This document shows positions 29,147 through 43,068 of a stretch of DNA of 64,000 bases, piece after piece. The DNA lies in NCBI GenBank assembly GCA_003344405.1, contig NOWV01000119.1:1-64000 (forward strand), read 5' to 3'. Both the position numbers and the translations under genes were made by a program. Under the pieces are notes generated by a model. The model was given only the letters and a program-made list of their open reading frames with translations, was not told where the DNA came from and did no database searches. Position 1 is the first letter of the stretch. Every line of letters starts with the position of its first letter. Source of the stretch: Trichoplax sp. H2 (Eukaryota).

Positions 29147-30311
29147 TATAGTGAAGCCCAAATAAGCTTAAGACCAAGATTATACGATAATACGAAAGTG
29201 GATCAATTGTACAAGAGATTTTAAGATAGCATAAGTGTCTAATTGTGGAAGATGTTTACAGTACATATTGTAGTAGTTGTATTAAGATGCTTATATTAAG
29301 ATTCTGAGATAGTAATAGATTACGCCAATTATGTTAGTACTATGAAAATCTGTATTGAGACCCTTTAATTAGAAGCGCGAATTATGAATTGATAAAGCGA
29401 TAGTAAATTTAGATATAAACTTGTAACTTGATTGCAGTTAGATCGTCTTTAGTAGTTGCGAAATGAACCTTTTCCTTTGTTATAAAGTGAAGTTAACAAG
29501 AAACTGTAGTTCTTGTTATATTTTTGACAAGACACTTTATCAAATATACATATTATTTTAACCTTATCAGATTAGGACGATTTATCTACTTAAAATACGC
29601 TGATATGAGAATACATGCAGTCTTCAGATACCTTTAATCTCCGAATAAGTAACCTTATATCTGTGGTTCGAACTTTAATAATACGAATTTGATGACAAAT
29701 CAGAATCAACTATCCGCAGTGTAACGGTTAGCACTAATAAAGATTATATGAAAGAAAGTATACAATCTATCGCGATGTTACCTAGGGCATTGGAACAGTT
29801 ACGCCTGTATTAAAGTAAAAATATATGATAGATATTACCCATTACTGATTAAATTAATATAAACTATTTGACAGCATTCACCTAAGCAGTTATTTTTTGT
29901 TAAAAGGCTACATTTAATAGCTCTTGCTGCAAAATTTTTGCACGTAAAGAGATTATTCCAGGAAATAAACGAGGCCATAATATTTTTCTAGATATGCGGT
30001 TGTCTCGGAAAACTTAGTGATATACTGATTTCACAGCAAGAGTTTTATTACCATATTCAATCTTACTTCAAACATTTTTATTTGATTCCGGCCTGTTAAC
30101 AAAGTTTAGTTCTGTGTCATGTATCTGCTTCTGTAGTGAAGTCTCAAATAAGCTTAAGACTAAGATTATGGAAAATAGATAAATTGTACGCCAGGTTGTG
30201 AGACTGTATACGTGTCTAATTATGGAAGATGTTTACAGTACGTATTGTAGTAATTGTATTGAGATGCTTATATTAAAAATCTAAGATAATAATAGATAGC
30301 GTTAATTATGT
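29147..30311 (+). repeat. Diverged ~185-bp direct repeat pair (29147-29334 and 30132-30311)
   Basis: Shared tagtgaag..caaataagcttaagac.aagattat and gtgtctaatt.tggaagatgtttacagtac.tattgtagta.ttgtatt.agatgcttatattaa. Confidence 0.85.
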
Positions 30312-30843
30312 GTAAATGAAGTCATTTCTTAAGTAACTCAAAGTACTTTAATACGTCTAATAATGCAACGGTACTGGATCTAAAATGTGGTTGATGTTGA
30401 TATTCTAAACTCACGAAAATTTCGTAATCAACCAGCTTATAAGTATCCAAATCTTGTTATCTCAGGAAGTATTATAATAAATATGAGATGTTTAGTATGT
30501 TCAAGCGTCCTTTTCTTTGCAATATAAAATTAAAATCTTGTTTTAAATTAATATTAGCCATAATAAAACTTAGAAGAAATAATATTAAGCAGAATAAAAA
30601 TGTTTACAGTACTGTTTTAGCAGTAATGATGATAAGCGAATTTCACGTGATTTTTAAGACTATTATATGATTATATTAGAAGTAGACGCGTTTATATTGT
30701 GAATACAAAATTTTATATTCCAACTTTTTAAACGTTCAAGATATTTGCCTTTCATCAGTAGACCTTTGAATAAACGTATTTCAAGATAAGAAAATTTGAA
30801 TAAAGTTTAAATTTGGGTAAAATGAGCAGCTATCATGAAGTAG

Positions 30844-31835
30844 CTAATCTAATTGTGGGCGTACCTGTAGCGTAGCTACGTTAGATTGATAGTTCAAACA
30901 TCTAAATACTCTTTTAGCCAGTCTTTTATTCGCTACAACGTATATGAAGGGATTATAAATAGGCGGTAGCAGTATAAGAACACGAAATATTTGTGTTATT
31001 CTATTTAATAACAAATAACCTTCTTCTTGATTATTAGATGATGTAGCATTGCCATAAACGATATAACTTAGATTCAGCAGCCAAAGTAGTGAGGAAAACA
31101 TAAAACATATAGTGCCTAATATTAGCATATTGATAATACGTTTAACGTGATATTGACTCGTAGATACGTTTTTTCCAAACACAGTTAAGGTTTGATGCAT
31201 TTTTTGAGGACTACAATAGTTCTAGAATAGCAGTAAATCATGATACATAGTGGGATAAGATAAACAACGAAATTTAATATGGATACATATGCAATAATAT
31301 AGCTCTGTCTATGACTAACTTGGAGCATACATCTATGTCGGTCGTATTCATTGACGTCCGCAATATATATAGCAGGAATGGAGATCAGAATTGCAAATAG
31401 CCATAATGGGATCAGTATTGCTCGCAGCTTACGACGACTCAAACTATAAAATCTGGCTCGATTTCGAATGTAACTATATCGTTCCAGACTTATTAGTGTT
31501 AACAATTCTATAGACATTGTATAACCAATCAGCCAAAGGAAAAACGTGATTTTGCAAACTTTAATCATGATGGTCTGGGGCCATCCGTGATGCTGTGTTG
31601 CTAAAACTACAATGACAATAATAATGTATTGAATACCCTGAAAAATATCGGATAACACCAGATTTCCAATTAACCATTGTATATTAGATTGTTGTTTACG
31701 ATACGTTAAAATGAAAATAATGACGAAAATGTTTAATAGTATTCCAAGAATTGACAAAGCCGGAACGGCAATAAGAAATAGTATGTATGAAACGGTATAA
31801 CGAGCAGTAACACTATGATTGACTCTGGAATCCAT
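30844..31835 (-). pseudogene. Class A GPCR split by a single-base frameshift (pseudogene, null allele or sequencing error)
   Basis: ORF 31185-31835 encodes TM1-TM5 (LVLSD, SLERY, YLIP..CY) and ORF 30844-31200 encodes TM6-TM7 (SLLW, YNPFIY). One extra A in the A6 run at 31200-31205 joins them into a 330-aa receptor. Confidence 0.85.
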
Positions 31836-33105
31836 GGGAAGTTACGCTGTTATTGTAGAGCATCTAGAGAAATCAATTAAAAAAAATACAAAAATTTTAT
31901 GGATAAGTTGATAATGTGTATCTCAGGTCATTAATTAATGCACTAATCTTTAATATATAAATTTAAATACCTTAAAACTGTAATAATCTTATAATGGAGT
32001 TACATGGTATCTACTTACTGTATGTTGATAGTAATCTTTAATTTCGCTGTCGATAGTTAAGAGAAATTTAAAATTCAGAAATTGCTCTTCTAGTTAGTAA
32101 ATATTTACGATTTATGGCGCTATGTAAGAATAACCTAGAATTAGCTTTCTAATATTACAGAAAGTAAACACGATTCCTTGATTTATGCAATGTAGTGTGC
32201 ATTTTAAACATTGCGTGGTACACTCAAGTATACACTGAATTCTTAAAAGCAATATAATAATAAATTGGTGAAGAGCTTACAATAAAAAACGTCAATTTGC
32301 AATAAATTTGATATGCAGATAAGTTATTCTGAAACAATTACAAAATTTATAATACAATACGTGATTACTCGGTCATAACGAACTTTGATGAAGTAGATAC
32401 CTTGAAAACAATCCATTCTATTCAGTAGAGTATGTTGATCGTAGAGGTTAAAATTACTAAATCTAAAGCGAAAGCAAAGGGTGGGTACCATGAATTTTTA
32501 AATGGATTGTTATTCGATTTCAGTACAGGACGAAATTATGGACTTTGGTAACATCAAACCGGGCTTTTCAAAACTTGGAATGATTAAATACTGAATAGCT
32601 TAGACAAAATTTAAAAACATGAATATGCAAAAAAGCTGCATAATCCTTTCGATTATTTTATTCTTTTCTCTGGAAATTGTTAGATAATTAAAAATACTAG
32701 ATTACGGATTATAAGAAAATTAAACTCGACTTTTTATGCAAAAATCACCTGTTAATAATTATGATAATTCTGCTTTCTGTTTAATCAGTAATGCCTGTGA
32801 TTACGCGAAATTGAGTTAAAATATGTACTAAATTCTTAATTAAATAATATGCACTTTTAAATTAGCCTACCAAATATTATGATTCCTATTCTTTTTTAGC
32901 CTTTCAGACATTGATAATTAATCTTGTTTATAAATTTAGATTGCATCTAGCGTGCTAATTGTGAAGTGAACTTTTCTATGACAGGTAAATTTTTCAATTA
33001 GAAAATCCGGACGTTTTTCGTTCTGTCACGTCAGTTTGATTATGACATCGCTTGTTACCATTTATTAAAGCTATGGAACTAAGAACCTAAGCGGTATCTA
33101 TTCAA

Positions 33106-33759
33106 TAAAGCTTATAATGAACAGATACAAAATTTTAGATAATTTTGTCGAGTTATTCTTAAAAACACTGTTGGTTAATAACGGGGCTATCAATGATAAT
33201 CATTGAATTAAAAGTTACCAAAATAATAATGCGGCTATGTTATGATAGCATGAGNNNNNNNNNNNNNNNNNNNNTAGTTAAATTATTCTTAGTAAGACTA
33301 TTCTACTGCGGACCATCATTAATCCAATATGGATACGACTACAGTACTTACGTAGACATTATTCACACCAGCCAAAGTACAATGAATTAACCATATCCTA
33401 ATATATGATTTACAGTTCTATTTCTACCTATAGCCATATTAGTAACTCAACAGCTTACTGTATATAGTCATCTGTACTCTAGCATAGAGTCTCTACCACT
33501 ACAGTCTATAGTTACAGCTACCAAATATCTCTTAGGATAAATATCTACCGTACATTATACTACACATGGCTAACAGTCTACAATCACAATACTAAGTTAC
33601 ATTACATCAGTAAAGCTTATAATGAACAGATACAAAATTTTAGATAATTTTGTCGAGTTATTCTTAAAAACACTGTTGGTTAATAACGGGGCTATCAATG
33701 ATAATCATTGAATTAAAAGTTACCAAAATAATAATGCGGCTATGTTATGATAGCATGAG
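33106..33759. other. Gap-flanking duplication (33106-33254 = 33611-33759), probable haplotype overlap
   Basis: Identical 149-bp blocks on either side of the N-run 33255-33274. Confidence 0.8.
33275..33609 (-). mobile_element. Partial copy of repeat family B adjacent to an assembly gap
   Basis: Aligns with 26385-26727 and has the same ...catca boundary. Confidence 0.7.
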
Positions 33760-35005
33760 TTTTCCTTACTTAGTAATTAATTTATAGTCTTGCATAGCAA
33801 AAGATAGAATTAAGCCTACAATAACTATATGTAATGCAAATATTAATTTTGCACAGCATCATCAGCGTAAAAGAGGTTTTGGTAAATTTAAATCGAATCA
33901 AATACTAGTCTTAATTATATCAATGATGGCGTTATAAGTAATGGCTCTTAGTTTAAATAGCAAAGTTAATTGATTGCAAGTTCTTGAATCTTGGTACTAA
34001 TTACCGATTTTTATTACAACTTTTCTTCACTATTCCCAAAATATCTCCATTACATTAGGTCATTTTTAAAATGTTTAGTTTCAAGAACATTTAAGTACGC
34101 ATAATCATTAGTTTCGTTGAGTTAACCGTTGCAGAATACTGTTTTTAGCTGAATACAAGGACGATATAGAGTATCAAATTTTATTTCAGTTGGATTAATT
34201 ATAATTATATTAATTGATCATAAATGTAGGATAATTTAATTAGAAAAAACTTATGCGAGAAATCACTCTTGATAAGCTCAACATAATCACGACCAGTCTT
34301 ACTGATAGAAATATATCAGGCATTAATAAAAAATGGTAACTGTCGTTATACAACAATCATATTTCGGTCATAATTAAAATATGATTATGATAGGGTTATT
34401 TATTCACAATGGCAGTTCCAAGAAAAAATTTTTGGGCTTATGGCAGAACCATGGAGATGAAATATTGCCATCTTAGACATCTAGACTATTGTCAAATCTA
34501 GTCGTTGATTTATTATCCTTCGATGTCGATATTCGTTTATGTCATTGTACTATAGAACTATGATTGTGAGACGCATTTCATCCACATTTATGTAATTATA
34601 CAAAATTCAATCGACTTTACCATTATTCTACCAAAACATAAATTGACACAGATATTTTATATAGATATTGGTAGTTTCGTATTTAATAAAATTTAAAAAA
34701 CAATGAGAATTGCGTATTAAAAATTCCTAAAATATCGCTTTGAGACCCTTAAAAGAGCCAGTACAGGTCTTTTAACAGTGTAAAGACATAAAAAGCGAAA
34801 TTTGAGGATTTTATTTAGATCGATGAATTTAATTTAATTATTGCATAGGCAAATGAAGTAAAGTTACCAAAATTTCAATATGCGATCTCAGCTTACATCC
34901 TTTGCTTCAATTAAATCTAAAAGCAAAGTTATCTTATGACTCCGTTTTATCTTACGGATACGATCTATAGGAAACGCTTACATGCCAGGAAGGAATCGTT
35001 GCAAA

Positions 35006-36265
35006 AAAATAATGGTTCTTCATTGCCTCTTCACGGAATTTGAGTTTGTAGACTTGAATGCATCTAAATTAGTAAGAAAAAACTGATAATATCTAAGCCT
35101 ATAACTAGCTTTTGAATCTAGACAAGTTCATTAAACTGAATATGATACTGCGATATGTTTTAGTTTGCTCACACTTAGATATATTCACATTAGCTTATTC
35201 GTATATGTTTAAGAGTAAACAGGGGTAGATTGATCAAAAAATAGAAACTGTTTATCCATATGATCATTGGTAATATGGCTTTTTGATCTTTGCTGTACTT
35301 GCTTTTGTAAACGAAGTTATTCGTTTTCGGTAATCATACCTTGGAGTCATAAGCAAAGTAACCAAACTAAAGTGAAAAAAAATATTCGGCTTCTATGTTC
35401 CTCTGCCGAATATGCCCTTAATCAACTAATTTATATCCATTGTTACCACCATTATTCATATAACATTCATATTCTATCTAGCGTAAATTGTAAGGAGGAG
35501 TCATTAGAAACTACCTGCATGTTCGATTACCCATAGTTTCCAAAGTGTCCTTGGTCTTTAAAATTCTTTAATAGTAAAAAATTCAAATTGATCCCTTTTT
35601 AATATTTTCTTCGGATTTCTATATAAAGTTTTGTCTTTAAATTCTTCATATTTCATTGATGTGGCTTCAATTTTTTTTGACAGAAAATTATGTCTGCACC
35701 ATGCATGTGCATGGTTAGAAAATCTAGCATAGNNNNNNNNNNNNNNNNNNNNAAAATAATGGTTCTTCATTGCCTCTTCACGGAATTTGAGTTTGTAGAC
35801 TTGAATGCATCTAAATTAGTAAGAAAAAACTGATAATATCTAAGCCTATAACTAGCTTTTGAATCTAGACAAGTTCATTAAACTGAATATGATACTGCGA
35901 TATATTTTAGTTTGCTCACACTTAGATATATTCACATTAGCTTATTCGTATATGTTTAAGAGTAAACAGGGGTAGATTGATCAAAAAATAGAAACTGTTT
36001 ATCCATATGATCATTGGTAATATGGCTTTTTGATCTTTGCTGTACTTGCTTTCGTAAATGAAGTTATTCGGTTTCGGTAATCATACCTTCTTTAAAATTC
36101 TTTAATAGTAAAAAATTCAAATTGATCCCTTTTTAATATTTTCTTCGGATTTCTATATAAAGCTTTGTCTTTAAATTCTTCATATTTCATTGATGTGGCT
36201 TCAATTTTTTTGACAGAAAATTATGTCTGCACCATGCATGTGCATGGTTAGAAAATCTAGCATAG
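35006..36265. other. Gap-flanking duplication (35006-35732 vs 35753-36265) differing by a ~213-bp indel
   Basis: Near-identical copies around the N-run 35733-35752. Segment ~35343-35555 is absent from the second copy. Confidence 0.85.
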
Positions 36266-37636
36266 CAATTTGGGAGGCTTTTTGTATGACTGAAAGTCTT
36301 CATTTTTATCAGATTTTTATTCAGATTTGTAAACTTAATCTGGGTATACAGGTTTATGTTTCTATTTCATTTGCTTGAGATGCAAACAATACCTATACGT
36401 ATTCGTATCCTTTTAAATTATTCATTTAACTTCTTATCGTATATAACGTATACTTTAATAGCTTAAAAAAGTCTAAACCGACTTATATTGCTAATAATGT
36501 TAAATACAATCCCGAAATATCCAATCTTCTTGATGATACGGTAATAATTATGATAGATATTTACGTAACAGACAATTACTCAAAATTTATCTTTACTTGT
36601 AAATGAATTAAGAGCATGAGATCATTAACATGTCTAAATATGATCAGTTAAAACATGTGATTATTCAGGTAAACTGAATCAATTTATTAATGAACAATGT
36701 GTAATAGAATTAGTCGTAGCTTTGTCCTTAACTAACTACAAGACGAGATAGTGAGATATCAACGCAATCAACATAATGAAATTTTATAAATGGGGAATAA
36801 AGTAAATTGATAGAAATTTTTACGTAGATATGTAGCGTAGAATGTTACGAGCACAACGAATACACCAGTAGACAAACAGTAGAGAAATTCTAAAATATTT
36901 TAACAACGGCTAAGCAAAATAATTCGTATTGGATTCCGATAGTTTAATTTAAAATCTACTATTCCGTACTTATCTAAAACACTGCCGTTGACTAATTAGC
37001 AGAAAGGATTGGATGAAACTTTCTTTCAATTTATGCTTTACTAAATGAGAATGTAATAAGTTGAAACAATATACGAGTAGGTACGTAATGCTTAATGCTT
37101 GCATATACTGTAATGCTTTAGTATTGGGAATATAGACTACCTTTAAGAAAAAAGATTATATAAAATGAAAGAAATAATGCTGTATAATGATTTTGTAAGC
37201 CAAAGCATAAACTTCTAATCCAAAATATGCTCATGTATGTTATACATGACAAGTGGAGATTCGAATACGAGTAGAACGAGAAGATATACAAGTTTACTTT
37301 GCAGGCTAATATAAGAGTATCACTGATGAATTATCATATTGGTTGTACTGTTGAACAGACTTGAAATAATAAAGATCACAGGACATACTCATATTGCTAC
37401 TAAGATTTATCCGTTAATTTAGAATAATCAAAAAATGGACCATTCATCAATAGATCACTTACTCTTCCTTTGCACTGTATTATGTGAATAGATTAACCAA
37501 GGGTACATTTATATTCCTACTAAAAATTTGCCCACTAATTTAGAATAATAATAAAATGGACGAATTGTGAACAAAACGAAAATCTCTTTCCATTCCAAGT
37601 TGTCATTAGAATCGGTTCGATATATGAAGATTTTAG

Positions 37637-38641
37637 TTAAACAGGACGAACAAATACTATCTTACGCTTCGTAAACCAACGCTTTAATTCTTGATGAATT
37701 GTTGGATTAGTCAAGAAATAGATTAGTGAGTTTGTAACAGGCAATAAAGAGAATAAAACCTTGATGATGATTGCAGCCGCAGCTAAAAGATTATTTTCGC
37801 TGTGATAGAAATCATTAGGACTGATGTCGTTATAGGCAATAACCACTAGGCTTACAATCCAAGGTAAGGATGACAACATAAAATTAGCCGTTACTAGAAT
37901 CAGCATTCGCATAATTTTCTTCTTCAGTAATTGATTCACTGTTAATTTCCGATTAAGCTGAAGAGCTATTTTTGTATCTCGCCTAAATTTTCGTATTATA
38001 CAAGTATAGCAAATACTTATAATTACTAATGGCAAAAAATACACCGCAACAGTAATGATAGTAAAATAAATATCCGCAAAGGTAGGATATAGATCTACTT
38101 CTACTTGACAATCAAAGTAATAGATTGGATCCACATCGGCTAATAATGTGATAGGCAATGAGATAATAAAGCAAGCTATCCATAAACTTAGAATAATATA
38201 ATTTAACCGTCTACCAGCTAGTCGTAATTTAATTGGTTGGATAATTGCTCGATAGCGTTCGATACTAATCAGTGTTAGCATGGCAGCAGATAGAGAATAA
38301 CCCACTAGCCACCAATAAAAGGCAAGTCGACATATCATCATGATCGATTGATGCGGCCAGTTAAGTGGTGCTAAATACATTAAAGCAAATCCAATGACGA
38401 TAGGTTGGCCAGAAGATAGAATATCGGCTATGGCTAAATGAAGTATCAAAAAACTAGGTGTATTTTTTAATTTAGAGTTTCGATAGACAATCTTAATTAC
38501 TAAAATGTTAGTAAATAATCCAATAATACCAAGTGTGGTAAAAACACTAACGTGAAAATTATAAAATTCCAGAATATTTAGACTGTCATTTTGAGATAAA
38601 TTAGCTGATCGTAAATCACGACTGTTAAAAACGGCCGGCAT
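37637..38641 (-). CDS. Intronless class A orphan GPCR, 334 aa from first ATG (MPAVFN)
   Basis: 7TM. LAIAD, ICRL...SIERY, FDC, YFLP...CY, SLPW, TNSLIY. The ORF-track start at 38725 is a non-ATG codon. Confidence 0.92.
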   Translation of the reverse strand: MPAVFNSRDLRSANLSQNDSLNILEFYNFHVSVFTTLGIIGLFTNILVIKIVYRNSKLKNTPSFLILHLAIADILSSGQPIVIGFALMYLAPLNWPHQSIMMICRLAFYWWLVGYSLSAAMLTLISIERYRAIIQPIKLRLAGRRLNYIILSLWIACFIISLPITLLADVDPIYYFDCQVEVDLYPTFADIYFTIITVAVYFLPLVIISICYTCIIRKFRRDTKIALQLNRKLTVNQLLKKKIMRMLILVTANFMLSSLPWIVSLVVIAYNDISPNDFYHSENNLLAAAAIIIKVLFSLLPVTNSLIYFLTNPTIHQELKRWFTKRKIVFVRPV

Positions 38642-40974
38642 AGCAAAATAAATATTATCTATCCGAATTTTTAAAAATGGACCTCGTAAGTCAAATAAAT
38701 TTTCCAGTGAAGTAAAAAATAGCACAAGAAAGAATTTCCCAATATTCGACTGCTAAAATTAGGTGAAATAGTATGTGATGGCCTTCTATTACAAATCAGC
38801 CTTATAATGACAGTTTAATTGATTCAGTTACACCTTTTAAGATAGCGTAATGGAAAAATTCTTTTTGCATAAATCAGTTATTTATTTGCTAGTCTTTTCT
38901 TAACAGCTAATTTCCTTGGAGTATTTGGATGAGACAACGAAATATACTTGGATAATAAAATAAATTAAAAGTGTATTAGATTATTTCTTAGTACTAATAT
39001 AAATTGCTTTAATTATGATGTAAGCTAAAGCAGTTACTGAAATGTATAGTAGACGTAGTGTTCTTAAATTTCATTAAATTGAAGCCGGAAAGATAAATTT
39101 TTGAAAGCATTATTGTATACCTTTAAATAAATTCAATCGATTTAATACGTTCATTAGTCTATTTATTTAACTAAACACAAAATTACCAGATTAAATTGCC
39201 TGTGTAACAATAACTTAGAATGCAATGTTCCTTTTGTCTTTCTTATGATATCAACAAAGAATAATGCTGTGAAACGATAGAAATCAAAACACTATCTAAC
39301 TAGAACATTATTAAATATAAATATATTGGCTAAAGAATTTAAGTAATAAATCTGATTTTCGTTGATATAAGTACTTTTTGGAAGCATTTTATACCCTTGT
39401 ATATTCTAGAGTCTCTATTTCTTTTCAAGGCCACCAACAGAGATACTAGGTTATGAAATGACGATATCAGTTATGACATAAAATAATTCCGAGATTTGAT
39501 GAATCTACTATTTTATATAATAAACATGCTTTAGAAAATATTTATAGGTTTGATTTATTCTAGCAACATTCTTACAATCCCATTGATAACTTTCGTCACG
39601 TATACGCGTATAACCAAATATTAACAAAATTGAACTTACATGCTAATTATATGACGTCAGTAACATTTTCTCTTCTTGTTATAATAGAGTTCCTGTATCT
39701 ATTATACTCCGTACATTAAAAAGCGAACTTGATAACAACGTAGTTTTTAAAATCATTACTTAAAATTGCCATCCTACAATAAGCAAATGAGAAACGTAAT
39801 TGAAAAGTATATTTTATTCCGAAACTAAAATATGATGTGTTTAATGGCCAGTTTTTTAATACGTAGTCCAGTTTTCATGCACACTTAGTTAAATCTGATC
39901 TAGTTTTATCACCTTTTAATAAACTGTAGTAAGATGCACCAAATGCTAAGGTGCTCTTTAAATTTCACCACAAAGAAAAACTATCATATGGTATATAGTT
40001 GAAAGTCTATTTTTGCAGCGTTTCCATCATAAACTAAAAAATGATTTTTTTTCAAAGAATTGTTTACAATACAAGGCTAGAGTTGGCAAGGCTTTGCTTT
40101 ATATCTTTTCTAGCCTCATTCTTCAGTAAAAAAGACTGTAGAAGATATTTACCAGAAAATTTTCTTGCTAAAATTGATCCGATAGGAATACAACTCTAAC
40201 AGTTATAAGTGAAATTTATTCTCGAAGAATATTTTCTACCGTACGCTAACTTAAGCTTTTTCTCAAGGGTCTATTTCAATATACTGTAAGCTGCAATATT
40301 GACATTTTCTTTATTATCTCGAATCTACTATTTTTATGCATTAACATACTGTAAGTAGTGAACCAGTTTATAATGTATTCTTTCGAAGTCATTAGCTAGA
40401 ACTGCTATCGTATACATGATTGAAAGTATTTTGAAAGATATCTGTTAGTTATAAAGTAATATATCGTCTGTATCAGTCTACTGTTGGCATCTCATTACTT
40501 TCTATTTAATCCAGCCTTCTTTAATAGCAGATCGAAAATTAATTTATATTCCTTTTAATTGAATAGTGATCAATCAGACGTGAAATATATCACCTTAGGG
40601 GTCACGAGTTATAAATTTTGCCTTTTGTATTTATAGTTATATGTCTAAGAACTACCGAAACTTGAATGCTGCTTTATTAGATCTCATTAGATCCTAACAA
40701 AACTTCTATTCTTATAAACTGCCCACGTATGGGCTATGAAGTTTACTCTACGTATCTAGCTTAAACTGAAATTCTAATTTCGCATTTATCATTTTAAAAT
40801 AATCTTGCAAGCATCATTTCATCCATCGTAACTGTATCGTGTATTATAATGAGCTTCCTTTATTCTATATCATGCACAACCGAGCAAATACTATTATTTA
40901 TATAGTATTAGCCTACCTAGTAGGACTCAGACAAATCTCTAAAATTATGCAGCTATCTATAATTATTCTCTTGG

Positions 40975-41604
40975 TGTTACAGTGTTATATACTGTATTAC
41001 AGTAGAAATATCTATGTTAGGATAATTCTGTTAGACTATCCTTATTCAGTTGACTTCTAATTTGGATATACTGTGTTTTAATATAGCACTAACTTTTTAT
41101 GACAGTGACACTTATACACATACTGAAATTAATAGTTATAATAGGGAATGCAATTCATCTACTTACAGTTCGAATCATTGTGATTGTAATTTACTTATGG
41201 TAGATTGCAAATTATCGTGGAAATGTTCCGTGATAGGATATATCGTAATCTGGCTATTCTGTATTAGTCATTACATGTCTATATTCGTAAATACTGTTGT
41301 CTGCATTAAGGGAGCAGTAGCTAAACTTAATATCTAATTCAGTAAATGATTCCGAGGTTAATTGTATTAACTGCGACTCATGAACTATTGAGGAATAGTA
41401 TATAAATGCAGTATATCGTGAAATAAAGAGAATTCTCCAACTTAGTATTTAACGTAAAATACGAGGCGTTTAAGTCTTTGTGTAGTCTACTAGTAGAGCA
41501 AAAGTGTTTCTGATAGTGCGGATATCGTTCCTTGATACGTGGTTCAAGGAATTGACTTATTGATCGTATATTGCGTTATCTTGTTGCAAAGCTGTTTTCT
41601 GACA
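40975..41604 (+). mobile_element. Solo LTR, family A (630 bp), TSD CTTGG
   Basis: TGTTAC...TGACA termini, perfect cttgg at 40970-40974 and 41605-41609. TATA gtatataaatg (~41398) and AATAAA (~41422). Confidence 0.92.
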
Positions 41605-43068
41605 CTTGGGAAGAAATATTTTAATTTATTTTGCAACTACGTCATATTCACGATTTTGTGACTTTTTATCAAAATGAATAATGCATGAAATACATAACCG
41701 ATATATAAAAAATGCAAATCAATATTGAAGACATAAAATATTCGGATGAAGCCAAGCTGGGATATACTCCATTTATTACATTTGCACACGTTTACTTGCT
41801 CGGACTTTCTAATCACAAGTTTTAGAACAATGATATGGCTATAAATTGATGATTTTGCAGTTTCTTTCGAGCCGTAAAACTAATGCTTGTCACACTTGAC
41901 CTTGCGTTCTAAATGAACACTATGCACTATTATTTTTTACAATTGTGACGTGGCTTTAATTAAACCCAATTTAAAATATAATTTCAAATTTTTAATCATC
42001 TTTCTCTATCGTAAAATATTACATTTAACACTTTATAGATGCGAGCAAATAAATTGAATGTTATTTTAATACCATAATTAATAGACAATAAAAAGTGGTG
42101 ACCGGTAATAGCTTATTATAGCTTTTTGTTTTATAAGAAAGCTGACTGGCAACACATATCCAGCTGGAACCAATTATCTAAGACTTTATAAAGTTCTCTA
42201 GTTGAGTAATTGATGGCAAACAAATGAAAATCTAATTACTTGCGCCAAATTAACGCTGTTACGTCTAGGAATTCAACCAGTCCAAAACTACCCTTCCAGA
42301 CAACAACTAAATAATACTCAAAGGTTATAGATTACGTTGATTGAATTTATACGTATAATTTCCGGATATTTATAATCGTATAAGTATTTAATACATAAAA
42401 ATGATTATGCAACAATTTGAAGTACACGTAAAATGGCTGTTTAATAAAATCACAGTATTTGGAAGACAAATCGATTGAAAACAATAGAATTCAAATCTAT
42501 GCACCTGTTCAGTGTTTTGAAAAGACAGAAAATGTTACAAAATAAATAAAAAGTAATAAACTTGATGCTGAAAAATATTATTATGTCAATATATCAATAT
42601 GTACACTAAAAAGTGAAGCGATTGTTGCCTATTGCACTATTGGCTGGTATTAATACTGAGAGGAACTATTGATACTCATGCTGTTGGTGCTATAATCCAC
42701 AAAAAATCATGCTACGACAGAAGTTAAGTTGATGATTTACTTTATTTAGTATTTACGATATCACAGCGAAAGTCCAGCCCGATGTAGGACTTCTACGAGA
42801 AGTTGAGACTTGGGATGATCGCTAGCAACAAACTTGAGTTCGCCTAGTAAACTCTGACCTCTTTTACACGGAGTCATTGTGGTTTATAAGCTATATTGAA
42901 TAAATATCTAACTACTGTTCAACCAACATATGACTAGAACCGTATTTAAAATCACAGCAGCCATTTGTTAGCATAAATTGGTCTTCAGTTAATACTATTC
43001 CGGATGATTGTAGCTAGAAATTCTGAATCTGCTATCATTTAATGATTTTTACATTGAACTAAAATATT

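Noticed and set aside
31195..31210. Programmed -1 ribosomal frameshift in the split GPCR
   Set aside because: The in-frame heptamer C_AAA_AAA is not a canonical X_XXY_YYZ site and no stimulatory structure was evident. A simple indel is more parsimonious.
37637..38641. Opsin, because of a Lys in TM7
   Set aside because: Counting back from the NxxxY motif places the Lys at about 7.39, not the retinal-binding 7.43. No array member has K7.43.
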